From Bdellovibrionia bacterium (GTDB lineage Bacteria > Bdellovibrionota > UBA1018): a stretch of DNA of 64,000 nucleotides. Below the pieces are notes generated by a model. The model did no database searches. It was not told where the DNA came from and saw only the letters and a list, made by a program, of their open reading frames with translations. The stretch is taken from contig JBMSSC010000001.1 in NCBI GenBank assembly GCA_049424145.1, positions 1 to 64,000 on the forward strand, read 5' to 3'. Position numbers and translations under genes: made by a program. Each line of letters begins with the position of its first letter. Within the stretch, counting starts at the first letter, position 1. Positions 48,521 to 57,525 of this stretch are shown one piece after another.

Positions 48521-49867
48521 ATGCGGAGAGTCGTGAAAACATCAGTAGTTGATAAAAAAGGTTTTTTTAGGAGCTTTTTGAGGCTCAGGAAGAGCCGGAG
48601 TGGGGCCTTGGCTCTTTTCTTCGTTTTTTTCTGCTTTTTCTCATCCGACATCCCTCCTTATGCCTTAGCTTCCATTGAGGCCCAGCGCTCTTGGAGCGCA
48701 ACTTCAGGGGCAAAGTCCGCGCTTACGAAAGAAAAAGTGGCTCAGGTTTTAGAAAGCTCCGCTCTCATGGCGGAGTTTCCCCAAGAAATGGACCTGGAGG
48801 TTCAGCGCTTGGGGAAAGTCAAAGGGCGATTCCAGTATACGTTTGATCCTAAGCTTCAGCAGGCCATGGAGGGGCTCTTTGACGCCTATGGTCCCGATTA
48901 TGGGGCCTTCGTCGCCATGGATCCTAAAACAGGCCGGATCTTATCTTTGGTGAGTTATTCGCGGTCGGGAAAAATTCGAGAGAACCTAGCTCTAAGAGCA
49001 AGCTTTCCTTCGGCCTCCGTATTTAAAGTCGTCACCGCAGCCGCGGCCATTGAAAAACATCAGATTTCCTCAGAAACGGTGATTCCTACGCAGGGCCGAA
49101 ATCACACGCTCTACCGAGGACAGATTTTAAAATCCCAAATCAATCGATGGACTCGCTTCATTACCTTAAAAGAAGCCTTTGCTCACTCCGTTAACTCCGT
49201 ATTTGGAAAGATCGGGGCCTTCACTGTGGGCTCCACCGTGCTCAGACAGTACGCCGAACGCTTTGGTTTTAATCACAAAATCCCAGCGGATCTGCCCATT
49301 CAGGAAGGTCGAGCCTTCATTCCTGAAGACCTCTGGGGATTGGCCGAGAGTGCCTCAGGCTTCACACGGGAGAACACCATGAGCCCTCTTCAAGGAGCGC
49401 TCATTGCCTCGGCCGTGGCCAATGATGGGGTCATGATGGAGCCCTACGTGGTGGAGTCCATTGTGAAGCTTGCAGGCCATGAGAACGAGACTCAAGGACC
49501 GCCACTTTATCTGGCTGAGCCTAAGGTGTCCACCGTGGCGATGGATCCTGAGACGGCAAGCGAGATTCGGGATCTGATGAAAGAAACCGTTCTTCACGGA
49601 ACATCACGCGGTTCGTTTCGAGGATTTTTCAAGAAAGACTTCTCCTTTTTGGATGTGGGAGGTAAAACCGGCTCTCTTACGGGCTTAAGTCCAAAGGGTA
49701 AGTACGATTGGTTTGTGGGCTATGCTCAATCCGGATCTCATCGGATTGCCGTCTCGGCGTTAACGATTTCAGAAAAACAATGGCGCGTGAAGTCCTCGTA
49801 CTTAGCGCGTAGGGCTATTGAGAATTATTTCCGGACCTCCGTTCATCATTCCTTGGCAGAAAGATAG
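48521..49867 (+). CDS. Penicillin-binding transpeptidase-domain protein (PbpA-like)
   Basis: TM anchor; SxxK (ASVFK), SxN (HSVN), KTG. Confidence 0.85.
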   Translation: MRRVVKTSVVDKKGFFRSFLRLRKSRSGALALFFVFFCFFSSDIPPYALASIEAQRSWSATSGAKSALTKEKVAQVLESSALMAEFPQEMDLEVQRLGKVKGRFQYTFDPKLQQAMEGLFDAYGPDYGAFVAMDPKTGRILSLVSYSRSGKIRENLALRASFPSASVFKVVTAAAAIEKHQISSETVIPTQGRNHTLYRGQILKSQINRWTRFITLKEAFAHSVNSVFGKIGAFTVGSTVLRQYAERFGFNHKIPADLPIQEGRAFIPEDLWGLAESASGFTRENTMSPLQGALIASAVANDGVMMEPYVVESIVKLAGHENETQGPPLYLAEPKVSTVAMDPETASEIRDLMKETVLHGTSRGSFRGFFKKDFSFLDVGGKTGSLTGLSPKGKYDWFVGYAQSGSHRIAVSALTISEKQWRVKSSYLARRAIENYFRTSVHHSLAER

Positions 49868-49871
49868 TTTT

Positions 49872-50795
49872 TTGACCACGCTTCATCAACCGATTTTAGT
49901 GGAACCCATTGTTCAGGCCCTTTTGGAGCCCTTTCGGCGCTTACCTCCTGATGCTCCTCCTCATTTTATTTTGGATTGCACACTGGGAGGAGGAGGGCAC
50001 AGTGCCGCTCTTTTGAATGCGCTGGCTTGTGATCCCCAGTGCTCCCGCCATGGGCTGTTAGCCGTGGATCAGGATCAAGACGCCGTGGATCGAGCTCATC
50101 AGCGCTTTGCTGAGTGGATTGCCCAAGGAAAAATGGAGATTCGTCACGGTCGATTTGCCGATGCTTTTGATCTTTTTGCAGGCAAGCGAGTCCTAGGACT
50201 CTTGGCGGATCTGGGGTTTTCCAGCGATCAGCTGAATTTAGCAGATCGAGGGCTGAGCTTTCAGAGCAAGGGTCCGTTGGACATGAGGCTGGATCCGAGT
50301 CAGGGGGAGAGCGCCCAAGAGCTTCTCAGGCGAGTGAGCCAAAACGAACTGGAGAGGATCCTAGAGGAGTTTGGTGAAGAGCGGTTTGCCCGTCGGATTG
50401 CAGGGGCCATTGTGGAGAGAAGAAGGTTAGGAGAGCTCCCCACCACCACTCAAGCCCTCGTGGAGGTGATCGTTCGTGCCATTCCCCCGGGAGCCAGGCA
50501 CGGGCGGATTCACGTTGCAACTCGAACCTTCCAAGCGCTTCGAATTGCGGTGAACCAGGAGTTAGAACAACTCGATCAGCTCTTAAGTCGAGGTCTTCCT
50601 CAGGTGGTGGTTGGAGGGCGTGCGGCCATCATCAGTTTTCACTCACTTGAGGATCGCCGGGTGAAGGTTTACTTCAAACAAGAATCTCAGTTTCAGAGCC
50701 TGACGAAAAAGCCGATTCAGCCCGATGAGGCTGAGATTCGATCAAATTCCCGAGCTCGAAGTGCGAAGCTCAGGATCGCAGAACGAGTCGTGTGA
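49872..50795 (+). CDS. rsmH: 16S rRNA m4C1402 methyltransferase
   Basis: HQPIL, DCTLGGGGHS, DLGFSSDQ, PLDMR, TRTFQALRIAVN, ISFHSLEDR, RARSAKLR. Confidence 0.95.
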   Translation: MTTLHQPILVEPIVQALLEPFRRLPPDAPPHFILDCTLGGGGHSAALLNALACDPQCSRHGLLAVDQDQDAVDRAHQRFAEWIAQGKMEIRHGRFADAFDLFAGKRVLGLLADLGFSSDQLNLADRGLSFQSKGPLDMRLDPSQGESAQELLRRVSQNELERILEEFGEERFARRIAGAIVERRRLGELPTTTQALVEVIVRAIPPGARHGRIHVATRTFQALRIAVNQELEQLDQLLSRGLPQVVVGGRAAIISFHSLEDRRVKVYFKQESQFQSLTKKPIQPDEAEIRSNSRARSAKLRIAERVV

Positions 50796-50962
50796 CAAGT
50801 TTGGGCCATTGAGCGCGCCAAGAGGGGGTGTGGTTTTTTTCCCTTCGTTCCTCTTTTTTCTGCTTTAGGGACTAAGAAGGGTGGGTGGTTTGGGGTGGGC
50901 TCTTGCGCTTCCGTGATGAGACGGAGATTGCGCCATTTTTGGGTTCAGATAGAATAAAACTC

Positions 50963-51253
50963 ATGGTGAGCAGAATTCTTCCAATCTGGGTGGTCTTTGC
51001 TTTAGTGGTTTTTGCAATTGGGAGCGTGTGGATTCGACTCCATATCATTCGAACCACCTATGCCATCAATGAGATGCATAGAAAAATGGAGCAAACCAAG
51101 CAAGATTCAGAACTGTTGCAAGTGAAGCTCTCGAGTCTGAAGTCTCCGAAGCATTTAGAAGCCTTGGCTCGGCGGAAGTTTGGTCTTCTGCAGCCGCGAA
51201 TGGATCAGGTCATTCGCATGACCCAGTCGAAAGAAGCCCTTCATGGAACCTAA
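50963..51253 (+). CDS. ftsL: Cell division protein FtsL
   Basis: Position rsmH-ftsI; one TM, coiled coil, LKSPKHLEALA; TAGAAT 7 nt before ATG 50963. Confidence 0.8.
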   Translation: MVSRILPIWVVFALVVFAIGSVWIRLHIIRTTYAINEMHRKMEQTKQDSELLQVKLSSLKSPKHLEALARRKFGLLQPRMDQVIRMTQSKEALHGT

Positions 51254-53369
51254 GGTGGAGGCTCAGATTTTCCCTGATGATTCGATCCGAAAACGCTTGG
51301 TGGTCACCTTAGCCATTGGGGCGGTCTTCACCTGCTTGATCCTCGGGCGTGCTATTTTCATTCAGCTGATGAAACATCCCCGGTTAGAAGCCATGGCTTC
51401 TCGTCAGTACCATGCTCAATCCTTGGTTCAGCCCCGTCGAGGCGTCATTTTCGATCGAAACGGGGAGCGTCTTGCCGTGAGTGTGGATTCCTATAGTTTA
51501 GCAGCCAATCCTACTAAGATCCGAAAGCGCTGGATCTTAGCGCCCCTTTTAGCCAAGGCACTTCGCTCGAGCTCCTCACGATTGATGGAGAAGCTCAGTG
51601 AGCCTCGGGAGTTTGTTTGGATCAAACGGCAGTTGAGCGAGGCGGATCTCAGGGCGTTTAAAAAACTCTCACGCGTTGAATCGAATGATGATCTGCTCGA
51701 AGGCTTGTGGTTAGTCAAGGAAAGTAAGCGAGTTTACCCCCATGCCTCCCTTGCCGCGCATGTTTTAGGCGACGTAAATGTGGATTCAGATGGATTAGAA
51801 GGAGTTGAGCTTTGGCAAAATGAGCGATTGAAGGGAAAAATCCTCAGTGTTTCGGCCATTAAAGATGCCTTGGGTCGGCCAACTTTCATTGATGCAAAAG
51901 CCGCATCTCAACTCACCGATGGCCAAAGTGTGAGTCTGACCTTGGACTCGGTTCTTCAGTATGAAATTGAGAGACTCCTCTCTGAGGCAGTTCGAAAAAC
52001 GGGAGCCAAAGGGGGATCCGTGATGGTGATGGATGCCCAATCCGGTGACCTGTTGGCTTTGGCCAATGAGCCCACGTTTGATCCCAATCAAAAGGGAATT
52101 CCCCTGGATCGTCGCCGAAACCGCGTGTTGACCGATGGCTACGAGCCGGGATCCACGATGAAACCCTTACTTCTTGCTGCGGCCCTCTCAAGTGGAATGA
52201 AGCTCAGTGATGAGTTGTGGGGAGAAAAAGGGAGTTTCATTTTACAAAAACGGAGGATTTCAGAAGCCGAGGCGCATGAAAAATTTGAGTGGATCAGCTT
52301 AAAAAAAATCATCCAAGTCTCCAGCAATGTGGGAGCTGCAAAGTTGGCCTTAAAAGTCGGAGCAGAGCGTTACTTGCAGGTTTTAAGAGCCTTTGGCTTG
52401 GGCGCAAAAACCGGATCAGGGTTTCCGGGTGAGATTTCAGGCCGAATCCCGCCCAAAAAAGATTGGCAGCCTTTAACGCTAGCAAACATTGGCTTTGGTC
52501 AGGGCCTGCTGGTGACCCCGATGCAGATGCTGAAGGCCTATGCCGTGTTTGCCAATGGGGGCTTTTTAGTGGAGCCCCATTTGATCCAAGCAGAGGCTCA
52601 GTCCAAGGATGAAAAACCAGGGGCTCTTGCGCTGTCCCCTTTAAAAAAGCAGGTTCTCTCGCCTCAGGTCACTCAAGCTGTGGTGGAGGCCTTGGAGTCC
52701 GTCACTCAAAGCGGAGGCACGGCACAAAAAGCGGCAATGCCTGGCTACCGAATTGCGGGAAAGACAGGAACCGCTCAGGTGGTCGATCCTCACTCCGGGA
52801 AATACTCCCATGATCAATACGTGTCCTCGTTCATTGGTTTTCCGGTGGGTTTGGACTCTTCGCTGGTGATCTTCACAGCCTTAAATGAGCCCAAAGGCGT
52901 CTACTATGCATCCGAAACAGCAGTGCCCTTGTTTAAAGAGGTGCTCAGTGCGCTCATTCATCGCTACAGCTTGCCTGCGGAGCACGAGCCTGAGCTGTCG
53001 GTGAAGCCCGTGAAGTTGGCCAGTGCCTCTCTGTCTGCTCTGCGTTCATCCGGGGGGATGACCCAGGATGAACTTCATTGGACCCAAGCCTCGGTGCAGC
53101 AGGCGTCGTTGACCAAGGGGGACTCGCTGAGCTTAGGCGGATCTCTGCCTCGAGTCGTTCCCGTGCCCCAGACTGAGGACGTCAAACTGAGTCAATGGGT
53201 CATGCCCGATCTCCAAGGGCTTTCACCCAAAGAGGTGCTGGAAGTGCTTCAGGGCTATCCCTTTGCCCTGGAGATGAAGGGGATGGGGATGGTTGCTTCA
53301 CAGACGCCGATGGCCGGTCAGCGGCTCTCCAAAAGAAGTCGAGTTCGACTGGTGTTTTCAGAACCTTGA
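51243..53369 (+). CDS. ftsI: Division transpeptidase PBP3 with C-terminal PASTA domain
   Basis: RGVIFDRNG, RVYP, GLEGVE, EPGSTMK, SSN, KTGTAQ; VMPDLQG PASTA. Confidence 0.93.
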   Translation: MEPKVEAQIFPDDSIRKRLVVTLAIGAVFTCLILGRAIFIQLMKHPRLEAMASRQYHAQSLVQPRRGVIFDRNGERLAVSVDSYSLAANPTKIRKRWILAPLLAKALRSSSSRLMEKLSEPREFVWIKRQLSEADLRAFKKLSRVESNDDLLEGLWLVKESKRVYPHASLAAHVLGDVNVDSDGLEGVELWQNERLKGKILSVSAIKDALGRPTFIDAKAASQLTDGQSVSLTLDSVLQYEIERLLSEAVRKTGAKGGSVMVMDAQSGDLLALANEPTFDPNQKGIPLDRRRNRVLTDGYEPGSTMKPLLLAAALSSGMKLSDELWGEKGSFILQKRRISEAEAHEKFEWISLKKIIQVSSNVGAAKLALKVGAERYLQVLRAFGLGAKTGSGFPGEISGRIPPKKDWQPLTLANIGFGQGLLVTPMQMLKAYAVFANGGFLVEPHLIQAEAQSKDEKPGALALSPLKKQVLSPQVTQAVVEALESVTQSGGTAQKAAMPGYRIAGKTGTAQVVDPHSGKYSHDQYVSSFIGFPVGLDSSLVIFTALNEPKGVYYASETAVPLFKEVLSALIHRYSLPAEHEPELSVKPVKLASASLSALRSSGGMTQDELHWTQASVQQASLTKGDSLSLGGSLPRVVPVPQTEDVKLSQWVMPDLQGLSPKEVLEVLQGYPFALEMKGMGMVASQTPMAGQRLSKRSRVRLVFSEP

Positions 53370-53419
53370 TGCTAGGCCTAAGAGGAGCGGTAGTCCTCTT
53401 GCCCGTCTCAAGGAGATTT

Positions 53420-54931
53420 ATGCTGAAACCTCAATTGACTCAACTCACGTTAGTTCAACTCCTGGCGCTCTTACCGAAAGAAATCCTTTCTCCTCAAGAT
53501 CCCAGCAGGCAAGCCCTTTTGCATGGCTCTGCTCAGGTCACAGGCGTGACCTCTGATTCAAGAGAAGTGAAGCCAGGCAGTGTGTTTGTGGCCATTTGTG
53601 GGGGCACTCAGGATGGACATCAATTCATCGATTTAGCTTTAGAAAAAGGCGCCGTTTTTGTGGTCGGTGAGCAACCCATGCCCTCTTCGCAGCTCAAGGG
53701 AGTCTATCTCCAGGTTTCCGATAGTAGGGAGGCCTTAGCAGCCTTGGCCGCTCAATTTTTTCATCATCCCTCCGATGGGCTTTTGGTGCTCGGAGTCACC
53801 GGAACGAGTGGAAAAACCACCACCACTTTTATTCTGGAGTCCATTTTAGCGGCAGCGGGGCATCGTGTGGGAATCATTGGAACCATTCACTTTCGTGTGG
53901 GCAACCAAGTCCTTCCTTCCACGCACACCACCCCGGGCGCAGCAGAGCTTCAAGGTCTTTTGGCGGAGATGAAAAACGCAGGCTGCACCGCCGTGGTGAT
54001 GGAGGTGTCCTCTCATGCTTTAAAGCAAAAACGAGTGGCATCCGTGGCTTTTGATGGCGTGGTGTTTACTAATCTCTCGCCTGAGCACTTGGATTTTCAT
54101 CCTGACTTGGAGGATTACTTTCAGTCCAAGGCCCTTTTGTTCACTGAGTGCATGAAGTTTTCTCAGTCTCGGGGGAAAAAGCCTGTCATGGCCATCAATT
54201 CAGAAGATGAACACGGCCATCGCCTCCTTCGCACTCTTGCCGCTCCCCACAGTGCGTTTTTACCTCAGCACGCTTTGCAGGTGAGCCCCAGTGGGATCTC
54301 AGGGCAGCTGGGTCCTGTGAAAGTGGAGTCGTCGTTTACGGGGCAATTTAATGGGTCCAACCTATCAGCTGCCGTGACGCTTGCTTTGGCCCTCCAAATC
54401 TCCATCCCCTGCATTGAGCGGGGAATCCGAGACCTCAAAGGGGTCCCTGGGCGTTTAGAGCGAGTCCCCAATGCTCGGGATATTCATGTTTGGGTGGATT
54501 ATGCTCATAAGCCCGATGCTTTAGAGAAGGTGCTCAAAACGTTATCTCTTTTGCGGGGGGGAAACCGCCTCATCACGGTTTTTGGGTGTGGCGGGGATCG
54601 AGACCGAAAAAAACGGCCGCTCATGGGGAGGATCGCAGCTGAAAATTCGGATTGGGTCTTTGTGACTTCGGATAACCCTCGAACCGAAGATCCTCAGGCC
54701 ATTATGGATGAGATTTTGGCGGGAATGACGGGGCATTCGCATGTGAGTGTTGAGGTGGATCGAAAAACGGCCATTTTAAAAGCCGCTTGCTTGGCCCGAC
54801 CCGGAGATCTAGTGGTGATTGCAGGAAAAGGCCATGAAACCTATCAAATCATGGGCACAACACGGGTGCACTTTGATGATCGAGAGGTGGCAGCCTGGGC
54901 CTTTGAGCAAAAAGAGCCAACCCAGGGCTGA
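53420..54931 (+). CDS. murE: UDP-MurNAc-dipeptide:meso-DAP ligase
   Basis: DSREV, GVTGTSGKTT, TTPG, MEVSSH, VDYAHKPD, FGCGGDRD, SDNPR (DAP specificity); AGGAG before ATG 53420. Confidence 0.95.
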   Translation: MLKPQLTQLTLVQLLALLPKEILSPQDPSRQALLHGSAQVTGVTSDSREVKPGSVFVAICGGTQDGHQFIDLALEKGAVFVVGEQPMPSSQLKGVYLQVSDSREALAALAAQFFHHPSDGLLVLGVTGTSGKTTTTFILESILAAAGHRVGIIGTIHFRVGNQVLPSTHTTPGAAELQGLLAEMKNAGCTAVVMEVSSHALKQKRVASVAFDGVVFTNLSPEHLDFHPDLEDYFQSKALLFTECMKFSQSRGKKPVMAINSEDEHGHRLLRTLAAPHSAFLPQHALQVSPSGISGQLGPVKVESSFTGQFNGSNLSAAVTLALALQISIPCIERGIRDLKGVPGRLERVPNARDIHVWVDYAHKPDALEKVLKTLSLLRGGNRLITVFGCGGDRDRKKRPLMGRIAAENSDWVFVTSDNPRTEDPQAIMDEILAGMTGHSHVSVEVDRKTAILKAACLARPGDLVVIAGKGHETYQIMGTTRVHFDDREVAAWAFEQKEPTQG

Positions 54932-54972
54932 GGCGTTGGGGACTTCAGCAGACCCGCACGTGTGGTAAACTC

Positions 54973-55002
54973 TTGACACCGGCTTTTAAAAATCTGTAGC
55001 AT
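54973..55002 (+). promoter_or_regulatory. Internal dcw promoter before mraY
   Basis: TTGACA-18 nt-TAGCAT, then 6 nt to ATG 55009. Confidence 0.6.
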
Positions 55003-55008
55003 TCGGAG

Positions 55009-56085
55009 ATGCTCTTTCAATTTCTCTATCCGCTTCATGCGAAGTACTCAGTGCTTCATGTGTTTAAGTACATCACCTTTCGGAGTTTCGGTGCCAGCAT
55101 CACGAGTCTTTTGATCTGCATGCTCATGGGCCCCTCCTTCATTCGCTTCCTTCAGAGAAAGCAAATGGGGCAGTCCATTCGGGATGACGGACCCAAAAGC
55201 CATCTCTCGAAAAAAGGTACACCCACGATGGGAGGGGGGTTAATTCTCTTTGGGATCGTTCTGCCGACTCTGCTTTGGTCGGATCTGGGAAATAAGAGCG
55301 TATGGATTGCTCTAGTGACCACGATTTTGTTTGGTCTCATTGGGTATGTTGACGATTACCGAAAAGTGATTCAAAAAAACTCCAAGGGCCTCTCCAGTCG
55401 TCAGAAGATTGTGAGTCAAACGCTGGTGGCCTTGGTGGCCGCTTACGTGATTTACGTCACTCGCGATACGCCCCCGGTTTTAAAGTTCCCGTTCTTTAAG
55501 GATTGGTCTTTTTATCTGGGTCTATTTTTTGTGCCCTTTGCTACGTTCGTGATCGTGGGTGCTTCCAATGCGGTCAACCTAACCGATGGTCTCGATGGCC
55601 TTGCTGTGGGTCCCACCATCACCACTTCAGTCACGTTTCTCGTGCTCGCTTATTGCGCAGGGCATGTGAAGATTGCCGAGTACCTTCAAATTCCCTATGT
55701 GCCCGGGGCAGGGGAGTTAGCCGTATTCTGTGGCTCAGTTGCGGCTTCGTGCTAGGGCATTTTATGGATTAATACCTATCCTGCTCAAGTTTTTATGGGG
55801 GATGTGGGGTCGTTGGCTTTAGGTGCAGCCTTGGCTGTCGTTGCCGTGATCACAAAAAATGAAATCTTGCTTGCACTTTGTGGGGGAATTTTCGTAATTG
55901 AAGCCCTCTCGGTGATGGCACAGGTGACGTCTTTTAAGATGACAGGGAAAAGGGTCTTAAGAATGGCGCCCATTCATCATCATTTTGAGCTAAAAGGGTG
56001 GGCTGAGCCTAAAATTATTGTGAGATTTTGGATCATCTCGATTTTATTGGCCCTATTTACTCTCTCGACTTTGAAATTAAGGTAG
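55009..56085 (+). pseudogene. mraY: Phospho-MurNAc-pentapeptide transferase interrupted by in-frame TAG at 55753-55755 (likely intact in vivo)
   Basis: KKGTPTMGG, DDY, NAVNLTDGLDGLA, then in the same frame [14 protein letters not shown] and APIHHHFE; ORFs 55009..55755 and 55795..56085 are one reading frame. Confidence 0.85.
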
Positions 56086-56100
56086 AGGAAACGTGAATTC

Positions 56101-57486
56101 ATGATGAGCAAGTATCAAGGTAAAAAAGTTTTAATTGTTGGCTTCGGCATCTCAGGGGTCGCCGTTGCCAAGTACATGTGTAAAAACGGCGCCCGAGTGC
56201 TGGTCGCCGATTCGAAGCAAAAAAATGAGCTGGCCGATTCCTTGGACGCCTGTGCCGGGCTTCCCATCGAGTATGAGCTCGGGTATCCCGCGAATAAACC
56301 GTTTCCAGTTGCCGATCTCATTGTCCTGAGTCCAGGAGTGCCTCTGAGCATCAAAGGTTTAGAGGAAGCTCGTCAGAGGCAGACCCCGATCACCAATGAG
56401 ATTGAGCTTGCGGCTTTAGAGATTCAGCAGCCAATTTTGGCTATCACGGGAACCAATGGGAAAACCACCACCACGACGCTCATCGGTGAGATGTTCAAGG
56501 CCGATGGAAAATCAGTATTTGTGGGAGGAAACATTGGACAGCCCCTCTTGGATTACGTGACTCAGGGTCAAAAAGCCGATGTGGTGGTCGCTGAGCTGTC
56601 GAGCTTTCAACTCGAGCTCACCGAGAATTTAAAAGTCGCAGGGGCCGTTTTTACCAATCTCGAAGAGGATCACCTAGATCGCTACGGCGACCTGCACTCG
56701 TATGGAAACGCCAAGAAGCGTTTGCTTCGAGCCTGCAATTCACAGAGCTTTGTGGTGCTCAACTGGGACAACCCCAATGTGGCTCAGTTTGAAGCAGAAT
56801 CGCCCGGTCAAGTGCTCTGGTTTATGAAGGGTGATCCCATGAAAGTGGGTGGCACTTTTGCGGAGAACTTTCGGGGAGCCTATTTCAACTCTCTGACGAA
56901 GAAGGTCATTTTTAGAAGCAAGGGCCAAGAATCGGTCTTTGATCTCTCCTCCTTTCGATTGTTTGGAGAGCATAATAAAGAGAATCTCATGGCCGCTATT
57001 TGCTTGGCTAAGGCTATGGACGTGAGCGATGGAGCCATTCAATCGGTCATTCAGCAGTTCAAAGGAGTGAATCATCGCCTGGAGTTTGTGCGAAAAAAAG
57101 ATGGGGTCTTTTTCTTCAATGACTCCAAAGGCACGAACGTCATGAGTGTTCAAAAGAGCTTGGCGTCGTTTTCCTCAAACCCGATCATTTTAATTGCAGG
57201 GGGGAAGGATAAGAACGCAGATTTCACTCCTCTGGTGGACCTGGTGAAGAGGAAGTGTAAGATTTTAGTCCTCTTAGGTGAGGCGAAAGAAAAAATCAAT
57301 CGAGCCATTGGTGATTACGCTGAAACCTACCTGGTGGGTACTTTCGAGGAGGCAATTCTGCTCAGCTATCAAAAGTCCAGAAGCGGAGACATCATTCTTC
57401 TGTCCCCGGGTTGCGCAAGCTATGATATGTTTAAAAACTACGAAGAGCGGGGCAATTATTTCAAGAAACTCGTCTCCCAGCTTTAA
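56101..57486 (+). CDS. murD: UDP-MurNAc-L-Ala:D-Glu ligase
   Basis: GFGISG, SPGVP, ITGTNGKTTT, ELSSFQL, DHLDRY, NDSKGTN, LSPGCASYDMF. Confidence 0.96.
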   Translation: MMSKYQGKKVLIVGFGISGVAVAKYMCKNGARVLVADSKQKNELADSLDACAGLPIEYELGYPANKPFPVADLIVLSPGVPLSIKGLEEARQRQTPITNEIELAALEIQQPILAITGTNGKTTTTTLIGEMFKADGKSVFVGGNIGQPLLDYVTQGQKADVVVAELSSFQLELTENLKVAGAVFTNLEEDHLDRYGDLHSYGNAKKRLLRACNSQSFVVLNWDNPNVAQFEAESPGQVLWFMKGDPMKVGGTFAENFRGAYFNSLTKKVIFRSKGQESVFDLSSFRLFGEHNKENLMAAICLAKAMDVSDGAIQSVIQQFKGVNHRLEFVRKKDGVFFFNDSKGTNVMSVQKSLASFSSNPIILIAGGKDKNADFTPLVDLVKRKCKILVLLGEAKEKINRAIGDYAETYLVGTFEEAILLSYQKSRSGDIILLSPGCASYDMFKNYEERGNYFKKLVSQL

Positions 57487-57525
57487 GAGGAGAAGCGCTC
57501 AAGGGTTTGCAGGAGGAGGGACTCT

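Noticed and set aside
55753..55755. Genome-wide amber (TAG) reassignment
   Set aside because: TAG ends pruA, hemB, galU, murB and mraY itself at the expected C-termini; only one internal TAG was seen and it sits among other T>A anomalies.
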